Below, piece by piece: positions 11,435-19,494 of a stretch of 19,494 nt of DNA. Positions within the stretch are counted from its first letter, which is position 1. Each line of letters starts with the position of its first letter. A program made the translations under genes and the position numbers. This DNA is from a virus. Its lineage: Duplodnaviria > Heunggongvirae > Uroviricota > Caudoviricetes. Below the pieces are notes generated by a model. That model was not told the DNA's origin, did no database searches, and worked only from the letters and a program-made list of their open reading frames with translations. The stretch lies in IMG/VR virus record IMGVR_UViG_2534681658_000009, one strand, 5' to 3'.

Positions 11435-12107
11435 TGCAGGATATCCGGCAGGAAACACTGAATGAATGCACCCGTGCGGAGCAGTCGGCCAGCGTGGTGC
11501 TCTGGGAAATCGACCTGACAGAGGTCGGTGGAGAACGTTATTTTTTCTGTAATGAGCAGAACGAAAAAGGTGAGCCGGTCACCTGGCAGGGGCGCAGTAT
11601 CAGGTATCCCATTCAGGGGACGGTTTGAACTGAAGGCAAGGCATCCGCCACCTGACGGTTTCTAACCTGTACGGATGGTCACCGGGATGGCGGAAGATCT
11701 GCAGAGTCTGGTCGGCGGAACGGTGGTCCGGCGTAAGGTTTACGCCCGTTTTCTGGATGCGGTGAACTTCGTCAACGGAAACAGGAGCCGATCCGGAGCA
11801 GGAGGTGATCAGCCGCTGGCGCATGAGCAGTGCAGCGAACTGAGGCGGTAGTGCCTCTTTGTACTGTCCACGCCGACGGAAACGGAGGCGCTGTTTTTCC
11901 GGGACGTATCATGCTGGCCAACACCTGCACCTGGACCTATCGCGGTGATGAGTGCGGTTATCACGGTCCGGCGTCGCGGATGAATATGACCAGCCGACGT
12001 CCGATATCACGAAGGATAAATGCAGCAAATGCCTGAGCGGCTGTAAGTTTCGCAATAACGTCGGCAACTTTGGCGGCTTCCTTTCCATTAACAAACTTTC
12101 GCAGTAA
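11434..12107 (+). pseudogene. L: Tail tip protein L, disrupted by multiple frameshifts (or sequence errors)
   Basis: The first 64 codons match the lambda gpL N-terminus, then a stop at 11626..11628. Later gpL segments lie in other frames: MVTGMAEDLQSLVGGTVVRRKVYARFLDAVNFVNGN from 11675 (frame 2), GAVFPGRIMLANTCTWTYRGDECGY around 11890 (frame 1), DITKDKCSKCLSGCKFRNNVGNFGGFLSINKLSQ up to the stop at 12105..12107 (frame 0). The locus is 674 nt, not a multiple of 3. Confidence 0.8.
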
Positions 12108-12111
12108 TCCC

Positions 12112-12852
12112 ATGACACAGACAGAATCAGCGATTCTGGCGCACGCCCGGCGATGTGCGCCAGCGGAGTCGTGCGGCTTCGTGGTGAGAACGCCGGAGGG
12201 GGAAAGATATTTTCCCTGCGTGAATATCTCCGGTGAGCCGGAGGCGTATTTCCGGATGGCTCCGGAGGACTGGCTGCAGGCAGAGATGCAGGGTGAGATT
12301 GTGGCACTGGTCCACAGTCATCCCGGTGGTCTGCCCTGGCTGAGTGAGGCTGACCGGCGGCTGCAGGTGCAGAGTGATTTGCCGTGGTGGCTGGTCTGCC
12401 GGGGGGCGATTCACAAGTTCCGCTGTGTGCCGCATCTCACCGGGCGGCGCTTTGAGCACGGGGTGACGGACTGTTACACGCTGTTCCGGGATGCTTATCA
12501 TCTGGCGGGGATTGAGATGCCGGATTTTCATCGCGGGGATGACTGGTGGCGTCACGGTCAGAATCTCTATCTGGATAATCTGGAGGCCACAGGGCTGTAT
12601 CAGGTGCCGTTGTCACAGCGCAGCCGGGCGATGTGCTGCTGTGCTGTTTTGGTTCATCGGTGCCGAATCATGCCGCCATTTACTGCGGCGACGGTGAGCT
12701 GCTGCACCATATTCCTGAACAACTGAGTAAACGAGAGAGGTATACCGACAAATGGCAGCGACGCACACACTCCCTCTGGCGTCACCGGGCATGGCACGCA
12801 TCTGCCTTTACGGGGATTTCAACGATTTGGCCGCCGCATCGACCTTCGGTGA
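12112..12852 (+). pseudogene. K: Tail tip assembly protein K (JAMM/MPN plus NlpC/P60 domains), frameshifted in the C-terminal half
   Basis: MTQTESAILAHARRCAPAESCGFVV... with JAMM motif HSHPGGLPWLSEAD (12313..12354) and DCYTLF segment in frame 1. Homology moves to frame 0 after about 12620 (LLCCFGSSVPNHAAIYCGDGELLHHIPEQLSKRERYTDKWQRRTHSLWRHRAW) and shifts again near 12820. Confidence 0.8.
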
Positions 12853-13392
12853 AAACGGGGCGAAGCCATCCGGGCGCTGGCCATGCAGATCCCGGCGTTT
12901 CGTCAGAAACTGAGCGACGGCTGGTACAGGTACGCATTGCCGGGCGTGATGCAGGTGAAACCGAATTGTCTGCCCGTCTTAATGAGCCGCTGGCAAATGG
13001 TGCCGTGATCCAATCGTGCCGCGTCTGGCGGGAGCTAAAAGTGGCGGTGTGTTTCAGGTGGTGCTGGGGGCGGCGTTATTGCGGTGGCATGGTGGAACCC
13101 TGTGGGCTGGCTGGGTGCCGCGGCTGTATCGGGCATGTATGCGGCAGGGGCCAGTATGATCCTGGGCGGAGTGGCGCAGATGCTGGCACCGAAAGCCAGG
13201 ACGCCCACGGCAGCAAGTACAGATAACGGCAAACAGAACACCTATTTCTCCTCACTGGATAACATGGTTGCCCAGGGCAATGTTCTGCCTGTTCTGTACG
13301 GTGAAATGCGCGTGGGGTCACGCGTGGTTTCTCAGGAGATCAGCACGGCAGACGAAGGGGATGGTGGTCAGGTTGTGGTGATTGGTCGCTGA
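12752..13392 (+). pseudogene. I: Tail tip assembly protein I, disrupted by multiple frameshifts
   Basis: ATG 12752 gives MAATHTLPLASPGMARICLYGD (lambda gpI N-terminus, frame 2), stop after about 50 codons. VQVRIAGRD... continues in frame 0, and the C-terminal ...ILGGVAQMLAPKARTP...DNGKQNTYFSSLDNMVAQGNVLPVLYGEMRVGSRVVSQEISTADEGDGGQVVVIGR is in frame 1, ending at 13392. Confidence 0.8.
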
Positions 13393-13410
13393 TGCAAAAT
13401 GTTTTATGTG

Positions 13411-13436
13411 AAACCGCCTCCGGGCGGTTTTATCGT
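13411..13436 (+). terminator. Intergenic hairpin between I and J (aaaccgcc-tccg-ggcggttt, then T-rich)
   Basis: 8-bp inverted repeat with 4-nt loop followed by ttatcgtttat; may be a weak terminator or an RNA-stability element. Confidence 0.3.
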
Positions 13437-13452
13437 TTATGGAGCATGACGA

Positions 13453-16400
13453 ATGGGTAAAGGCAGCAGTAAGGGGCATACCCCGCGCGAAGCAAAGGAC
13501 AACCTGAAGTCCACGCAGTTGCTGAGTGTGATCGATGCCATCAGCGAAGGGCCGGTTGAAGGTCCGGTGGATGGATTAAAAAGCGTGCTGCTGAACAGTA
13601 CACCGGTGCTGGACAGTGAGGGGAATACTAACATCTCTGGTGTCACGGTGGTGTTCCGGGCAGGTGAGCAGGAACAGACACCGCCGGAGGGATTTGAATC
13701 CTCCGGCTCCGAGACGGTGCTGGGTACGGAAGTGAAATATGACACGCCGATCACCCGGACCATCACGTCTGCAAATATCGACCGTCTGCGCTTTACCTTC
13801 GGTGTGCAGGCACTGGTGGAAACCACCTCAAAGGGGGACAGGAATCCGTCGGAAGTCCGCCTGCTGGTTCAGATACAACGTAACGGTGGCTGGGTGACAG
13901 AAAAAGACATCACCATTAAGGGCAAAACCACTTCACAGTATCTGGCCTCGGTGGTGGTGGATAACCTGCCGCCGCGCCCGTTTAATATCCGGATGCGCAG
14001 AATGACGCCGGACAGCACCACAGACCAGCTGCAGAACAAAACGCTCTGGTCGTCATACACCGAAATTATCGATGTGAAACAGTGCTACCCGAACACGGCA
14101 CTGGTCGGCGTGCAGGTGGACTCGGAGCAGTTCGGCAGCCAGCAGGTGAGCCGTAATTATCATCTGCGCGGGCGCATTCTGCAGGTGCCGTCGAACTATA
14201 ACCCGCAGACGCGGCAATACAGCGGTATCTGGGACGGAACGTTTAAGCCAGCATACAGCAACAACATGGCCTGGTGTCTGTGGGATATGCTGACCCATCC
14301 GCGCTACGGCATGGGGAAACGTCTTGGTGCGGCAGATGTGGATAAATGGGCGCTGTATGTCATCGGCCAGTACTGCGACCAGTCGGTGCCGGACGGTTTT
14401 GGCGGCACGGAGCCGCGCATCACCTGTAATGCCTACCTGACCACGCAGCGTAAGGCGTGGGATGTGCTCAGTGATTTCTGCTCGGCGATGCGCTGTATGC
14501 CGGTATGGAACGGGCAGACGCTGACGTTCGTGCAGGACCGACCATCAGATAAGGTGTGGACCTATAACCGCAGTAATGTGGTGATGCCGGATGATGGCGC
14601 GCCGTTCCGCTACAGCTTCAGCGCCCTGAAGGACCGCCATAATGCCGTTGAGGTGAACTGGATTGACCCGAATAACGGCTGGGAGACGGCGACAGAGCTT
14701 GTTGAAGATACGCAGGCCATTGCCCGTTACGGTCGTAACGTCACGAAGATGATGCCTTTGGCTGTACCAGCCGGGGGCAGGCGCACCGCGCCGGGCTGTG
14801 GCTGATTAAAACGGAACTGCTGGAAACGCAGACCGTGGACTTCAGCGTGGGTGCGGAAGGGCTTCGCCATGTACCGGGGGATGTCATTGAAATCTGCGAT
14901 GATGACTATGCGGGTATCAGCACCGGTGGGCGCGTGCTGGCGGTGAACAGCCAGACCCGGACGCTGACGCTCGACCGTGAAATCACGCTGCCATCCTCCG
15001 GTACCACGCTGATAAGCCTGGTTGACGGAAGTGGAATCCGGTCAGCGTGGAGGTCAGTCCGTCACCGACGGCGTGAAGGTAAAGTGAGCCGTGTTCCTGA
15101 CGGCGTTGCGATACAGCGTGTGGGGGCTGAAGCTGCCGACGCTGCGCCAGCGCCTGTTCCGCTGCGTGAGTATCCGTGAGAACGATGACGGCACGTATGC
15201 CATCACCGCCGTGCAGCATGTACCGGAAAAAGAGGCCATCGTGGATAACGGGGCGCACTTTGACGGCGACCAGAGCGGCACGGTGAATGGTGTCACGCCG
15301 CCAGCAGTGCAGCATCTGACCGCCGAAGTCACCGCAGACAGCGGGGAGTATCAGGTACTGGCCCGCTGGGATACGCCGAAGGTGGTGAAGGGCGTGAGTT
15401 TCATGCTTCGCCTGACCGTGGCAGCGGATGACGGCAGTGAGCGGCTGGTCAGCACAGCCCGGACGGCGGAAACCACATACCGCTTCACACAACTGGCGCT
15501 GGGGAACTACAGGCTGACAGTCCGGGCAGTAAATGCGTGGGGGCAGCAGGGCGATCCGGCGTCGGTATCGTTCCGGATTGCCGCACCGGCAGCACCGTCG
15601 CGGATTGAGCTGACGCCGGGCTATTTTCAGATAACCGCAACGCCGCATCTTGCGGTTTATGACCCGACGGTACAGTTTGAGTTCTGGTTCTCGGAAAAAC
15701 GGATTGCGGATATCAGGCAGGTTGAAACCAGCGCGCGTTATCTTGGTACGGCACTGTACTGGATAGCCGCCAGTATCAATATCAAACCGGGCCATGATTA
15801 TTATTTTTACGTTCGCAGTGTGAACACCGTTGGCAAATCGGCATTCGTGGAGGCTGTCGGTCAGCCGAGTGATGATGCATCAGGCTATCTGGATTTTTTC
15901 AAAGGCGAGATAGGGAAAACCCATCTGGCTCAGGAGCTGTGGACGCAGATTGATAACGGTCAGCTTGCGCCTGACCTGACTGAAATCAGGACGTCCATAA
16001 CGGATGTCAGCAATGAAATAACACAGACCGTCAATAAGAAACTGGAAGACCAGAGTGCAGCGATCCAGCAGATACAGAAGGTTCAGGTTGATACAAATAA
16101 TAACCTGAACAGCATGTGGGCAGTGAAGCTGCAGCAGATGCAGGACGGACGCCTTTATATTGCGGGTATCGGTGCCGGTATTGAGAACACCCCTGACGGC
16201 ATGCAGAGTCAGGTGCTGCTGGCGGCGGACAGGATTGCGATGATTAATCCTGCAAATGGCAACACAAAACCGATGTTTGTTGGTCAGGGTGATCAGATAT
16301 TCATGAATGACGTGTTCCTGAAACGCCTGACGGCTCCCACCATTACCAGCGGTGGAAATCCGCCGGCATTTTCCCTGACACCGGACGGAAAGCTGACCGC

Positions 16401-16944
16401 TAAAAATGCGGATATCAGTGGCAGTGTGAATGCGAACGCCGGGACGCTCAACAATGTCACGGTAAATGAAAACTGTACGATTAAGGGCATGCTGGAGGCG
16501 ACTCAGGTCAGAGGTGACTTCGTTAAAGCTGTATCCAAATCATTCCCGAAACAGGCTGGTACGTGGGGTAATACGGAAACACCAAACGGGACGGTTACAG
16601 TCACCATCAGCGATGATCATAACTTTGACCGTCAAATCATTATTCCGCCCATTATCTTTAACGGAATAGCGTATAGCGATCCGGGAAGTGGTAATAACCC
16701 GGGAGGTACAAGATACACGGGTTATGGTTTTGAAGTTCGCAAAAACGGCGTATTAATCGCATCCAGAGAAACTAAAGGGGCCATTCCCGGTAGTTACAGT
16801 GCAGTTATTGATATGCCGAGTGGCAGGGGAAGCGTCACTCTGGAGTTTAAGATTTTCCAGAAAGGCAATCAGGGGGCAGGCAATATCACCGACTGTACGG
16901 TGATTGTGACCAAAAAAGCCGCTTCCGGCATCAGTATTCGTTGA
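13453..16944 (+). pseudogene. J: Tail tip attachment protein / central tail fibre J, interrupted by frameshifts near 14750 and 15040..15120; the 3' 617 codons are intact
   Basis: Three consecutive ORFs in frames 1, 0, 1 (13453..14805, 14835..15179, 15091..16944) each carry successive gpJ-like sequence: MGKGSSKGHTPREAKDNLKSTQLLSVIDAISEGPVEGPVDG..., then ...AFGCTSRGQAHRAGLWLIKTELLETQTVDFSVGAEGLRHVPGDVIEICDDDYAGISTGG..., then [42 protein letters not shown]... to the stop. Confidence 0.85.
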
Positions 16945-16966
16945 AATATTTATAACCCCAATAAAG

Positions 16967-16992
16967 GGCGTCAGGAATGACGCCTTTTTTAT
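16967..16992 (+). terminator. Rho-independent terminator downstream of J
   Basis: ggcgtca-ggaa-tgacgcc stem-loop followed by tttttt att, 22 nt after the J stop. Confidence 0.7.
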
Positions 16993-17014
16993 TGCAGAAA
17001 AGCGAGAGGTAATT

Positions 17015-17614
17015 ATGCGTAAAGTTTGTGCAGCAATTTTGTCCGCAGCCATTTGTCTGGCCGTATCCGGTGCGCCTGCATGGGCGTCTGAACATCAGTC
17101 CACGCTGAGCGCGGGGTATCTTCATGCCTCGACGAACGTCCCCGGCAGTGATGATCTGAACGGGATTAACGTGAAATACCGTTATGAGTTTACGGACACA
17201 CTGGGGCTGGTGACGTCATTCAGCTATGCAGGAGACAAGAATCGCCAGCTGACCCGTTACAGCGATACCCGCTGGCATGAAGATTCCGTTCGTAACCGCT
17301 GGTTCAGCGTAATGGCGGGGCCGTCTGTGCGCGTGAATGAATGGTTCAGCGCGTATGCGATGGCGGGTGTGGCTTACAGCCGTGTGTCGACTTTCTCCGG
17401 GGATTATCTCCGCGTAACTGACAACAAGGGGAAAACGCACGACGTGCTGACCGGAAGTGATGACGGTCGCCACAGCAACACGTCTCTGGCGTGGGGGGCT
17501 GGCGTGCAGTTTAACCCGACCGAATCCGTGGCCGTTGATGTCGCTTATGAAGGCTCCGGCAGTGGCAACTGGCGCACTGACGGTTTCATCGTGGGTGTTG
17601 GTTATAAGTTCTGA
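17015..17614 (+). CDS. lom: Outer-membrane beta-barrel protein Lom (Ail/Lom/OmpX family), a lysogenic-conversion moron
   Basis: 199-aa ORF with signal peptide MRKVCAAILSAAICLAVSGAPAWA and C-terminal ...GFIVGVGYKF (terminal Phe typical of outer-membrane beta-barrels); matches lambda Lom; gagagg RBS; own terminators on both sides. Confidence 0.93.
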   Translation: MRKVCAAILSAAICLAVSGAPAWASEHQSTLSAGYLHASTNVPGSDDLNGINVKYRYEFTDTLGLVTSFSYAGDKNRQLTRYSDTRWHEDSVRNRWFSVMAGPSVRVNEWFSAYAMAGVAYSRVSTFSGDYLRVTDNKGKTHDVLTGSDDGRHSNTSLAWGAGVQFNPTESVAVDVAYEGSGSGNWRTDGFIVGVGYKF

Positions 17615-17641
17615 TTAGCCAGGTAACACAGTGTTATGACA

Positions 17642-17668
17642 GCCCGCCGGTTCAGGCGGGCTTTTTTG
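17642..17668 (+). terminator. Rho-independent terminator downstream of lom
   Basis: gcccgcc-ggttcag-gcgggc stem-loop followed by tttttt. Confidence 0.7.
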
Positions 17669-17678
17669 TGGGGTGAAT

Positions 17679-19494
17679 ATGGCAGTAAAGATTTCAGGTG
17701 TACTGAAAGACGGTGCAGGTAAACCGGTACAGAACTGTACAATCCAGCTGAAAGCAAAACGTAACAGCACCACGGTGGTGGCGAACACGGTGGCCTCAGA
17801 AAATCCGGATGAAGCCGGGCGTTACAGCATGGACGTTGAGTACGGTCAGTACAGCGTTATTCTGTTGGTGGAAGGCTTCCCGCCATCGCATGCCGGGACC
17901 ATCACCGTGTATGAAGACTCACAACCGGGTACGCTGAATGATTTTCTCGGTGCCATGACGGAGGATGATGTCCGTCCGGAGGCACTGCGCCGCTTTGAAC
18001 TGATGGTGGAAGAGGTGGCGCGTAACGCGTCCGCGGTGGCACAGAACACGGCAGCCGCGAAGAAGTCAGCCAGCGATGCCGGCACATCAGCCCGTGAGGC
18101 GGCAACCCATGCGACTGATGCTACAGGCTCAGCACGGCAGCCAGCACTCAGCCGGCAGGCCGCGCGTCGGCTCAGTCAGCTCTTCCAGCGCAGGAACGGC
18201 ATCAACAAAGGCCATGAAGCATCAAAAGTGCTGCGCTGCAGAGTCCTCAAAAAGCGCGGCAGCTACCAGTGCCGTGCGGCGAAAACGTCAGAAACGAATG
18301 CGGCAGCGTCACAAAATCGCAGCCACTTCTGCATCCGCCGCGACCACGAAGCGTCAGAAGCGCCACCTCAGCCCGGGATGCGGCGGCCTCAAAAGAGGCA
18401 GCGAAATCATCAGAAACGAACGCATCATCAAGCGCCAGTAGTGCCGCTTCCTCGGCAACGGCGGCAGGCAATTCCGCGAAGGCGGCAAAAACGTCGAGAC
18501 AACGCCAGGTCTTCTGAAACGGCAGCGGGACAGAGCGCCTCAGCTGCGGCAGGCTCAAAAACAGCGGCTGCGTCGTCTGCCAGTGCCGCATCAACAAGTG
18601 CCGGGCAGGCCTCAGCCAGTGCCACCGCTGCCGGAAAGTCGGCAGAAAGTGCCGCATCGTCTGCTTCAACAGCCACAACGAAGGCTGGCGAAGCCACTGA
18701 ACAGGCCAGCGCAGCAGCGAGGTCAGCTTCCGCAGCGAAGACATCCGAAACGAACGCGAAAGCGTCGGAAACCCGTGCAGAATCCTCAAAAACGGCTGCC
18801 GCATCGTCAGCCAGTTCGGCGGCGTCATCGGCATCATCGGCGTCTGCTTCAAAAGATGAGGCGACCATACAGGCGTCAGCAGCGAAGGGCAGCGCCACGA
18901 CGGCATCCACGAAGGCGACAGAGGCTGCTGGTAGTGCGACGGCAGCAGCTCAGAGCAAAAGTACGGCGGAATCTGCAGCAACGCGCGCTGAGACAGCGGC
19001 AAAACGGGCAGAGGATATTGCATCCGCCGTGGCGCTTGAGGATGCGAGCACGACGAAAAAGGGGATAGTACAGCTCAGTAGTGCGACTAACAGCACGTCT
19101 GAAACGCTGGCGGCAACGCCAAAGGCAGTAAAATCAGCCTATGACAATGCAGAGAAACGTCTGCAGAAAGACCAGAACGGCGCTGATATACCCGATAAGG
19201 GACGCTTCCTGAACAACATTAACGCGGTCAGTAAAACAGACTTTGCTGATAAGCGTGGTATGCGTTATGTGCGGGTTAACGCTCCTGCAGGTGCAACATC
19301 TGGAAAATATTACCCTGTTGTTGTTATGCGTTCTGCTGGCTCAGTAAGCGAACTGGCATCAAGGGTCATTATCACCACGGCAACGCGAACCGCAGGCGAT
19401 CCGATGAATAACTGCGAGTTTAACGGATTTGTTATGCCTGGTGGCTGGACTGACAGGGGGCGTTATGCTTATGGAATGTTCTGGCAATATCAAA
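17679..19494 (+). CDS. stf: Side tail fibre protein Stf, N-terminal 605 codons (3' end outside the window); an internal stretch of about 18110..18520 is frame-scrambled
   Basis: ATG 17679 gives MAVKISGVLKDGAGKPVQNCTIQLKAKRNSTTVVANTVASENPDEAGRYSMDVEYGQYSVILLVEGFPPSHAGTITVYEDSQPGTLNDFL..., matching the lambda Stf N-terminus. Frame 0 stays open to the window end, which is why the ORF is missing from the stop-delimited track. Downstream Ala/Ser/Thr-rich repeats and the KGIVQLSSATNSTSETLAATPKAVK motif are in frame. Confidence 0.8.
   Translation, partial: MAVKISGVLKDGAGKPVQNCTIQLKAKRNSTTVVANTVASENPDEAGRYSMDVEYGQYSVILLVEGFPPSHAGTITVYEDSQPGTLNDFLGAMTEDDVRPEALRRFELMVEEVARNASAVAQNTAAAKKSASDAGTSAREAATHATDATGSARQPALSRQAARRLSQLFQRRNGINKGHEASKVLRCRVLKKRGSYQCRAAKTSETNAAASQNRSHFCIRRDHEASEAPPQPGMRRPQKRQRNHQKRTHHQAPVVPLPRQRRQAIPRRRQKRRDNARSSETAAGQSASAAAGSKTAAASSASAASTSAGQASASATAAGKSAESAASSASTATTKAGEATEQASAAARSASAAKTSETNAKASETRAESSKTAAASSASSAASSASSASASKDEATIQASAAKGSATTASTKATEAAGSATAAAQSKSTAESAATRAETAAKRAEDIASAVALEDASTTKKGIVQLSSATNSTSETLAATPKAVKSAYDNAEKRLQKDQNGADIPDKGRFLNNINAVSKTDFADKRGMRYVRVNAPAGATSGKYYPVVVMRSAGSVSELASRVIITTATRTAGDPMNNCEFNGFVMPGGWTDRGRYAYGMFWQYQ
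18050..18960 (+). repeat. Low-complexity Ala/Ser/Thr-rich coding repeats of the Stf shaft
   Basis: Reiterated GCN/TCN/ACN codon runs encoding variants of SAAASSA / AAKTSETNA; they give stop-free ORFs in all frames on both strands. Confidence 0.7.

Noticed and set aside
14983-15795. 270-aa minus-strand ORF antisense to J
   Set aside because: Lies entirely within, and opposite to, confidently assigned gpJ coding sequence. Arg/Pro/Cys-rich low-complexity translation typical of the antisense frame of GC-rich genes; no RBS or homology recognised.
16945-17678. Novel cargo or defence gene inserted between J and stf, a common moron hotspot
   Set aside because: The interval holds only lom and its two terminators, and its length matches the lambda arrangement. 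No extra ORF fits.
18247-19023. Minus-strand ORFs of 258 and 160 aa (18247..19023, 18428..18910) opposite stf
   Set aside because: Reverse-complement reading of the Ala/Ser/Thr codon repeats of the Stf shaft; they give long Ala/Asp/Leu-rich stop-free frames by composition alone.
18583-19068. 161-aa plus-strand ORF that is very Arg/Gln/Pro-rich and looks like a nucleic-acid-binding or protamine-like protein
   Set aside because: It is the +1 frame of the Stf repeat tract (GCN/TCN/ACN codons read out of phase as CGN/CAN/CCN), while in-frame Stf homology runs through the same nucleotides.
17679-19494. A CRISPR array or non-coding tandem repeat in the repetitive region after lom
   Set aside because: The repeats are imperfect, codon-phased (Ala/Ser/Thr) and continuous with the Stf N-terminus. 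There is no repeat-spacer periodicity and no leader or cas context.

Overview
The window is the late (morphogenesis) module of a lambda-like siphovirus prophage, collinear gene-for-gene with phage lambda from the 3' end of the terminase large subunit (A) through W, B, C, Nu3, D, E, FI, FII, Z, U, V, G/T, H, M, L, K, I, J, lom and into the side tail fibre gene (stf), all on the + strand. Its length matches the corresponding lambda interval, so there is no inserted cargo; I found no defence system, toxin-antitoxin pair, CRISPR array, tRNA or integrase here, and I do not think the window holds a new biological system. The head genes, the tail tube and the tape measure read as intact ORFs with lambda-like overlapping start/stop junctions, and the G-T programmed -1 frameshift site (GGGAAAG) is present. 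The main anomaly is that the host-recognition genes L, K, I, the 5' third of J and a central part of stf are split across reading frames by many small indels, and the capsid protease C is cut off from its normally in-frame Nu3 extension by an apparent 2-nt deletion. This means either a defective prophage with an intact head but a crippled tail tip, or localised sequence error; the sequence alone cannot tell these apart. All lambda comparisons are from memory of the lambda proteins and gene order; no database search was run. Most other ORFs in the six-frame track are alternative-frame or antisense artefacts of GC-rich coding sequence.
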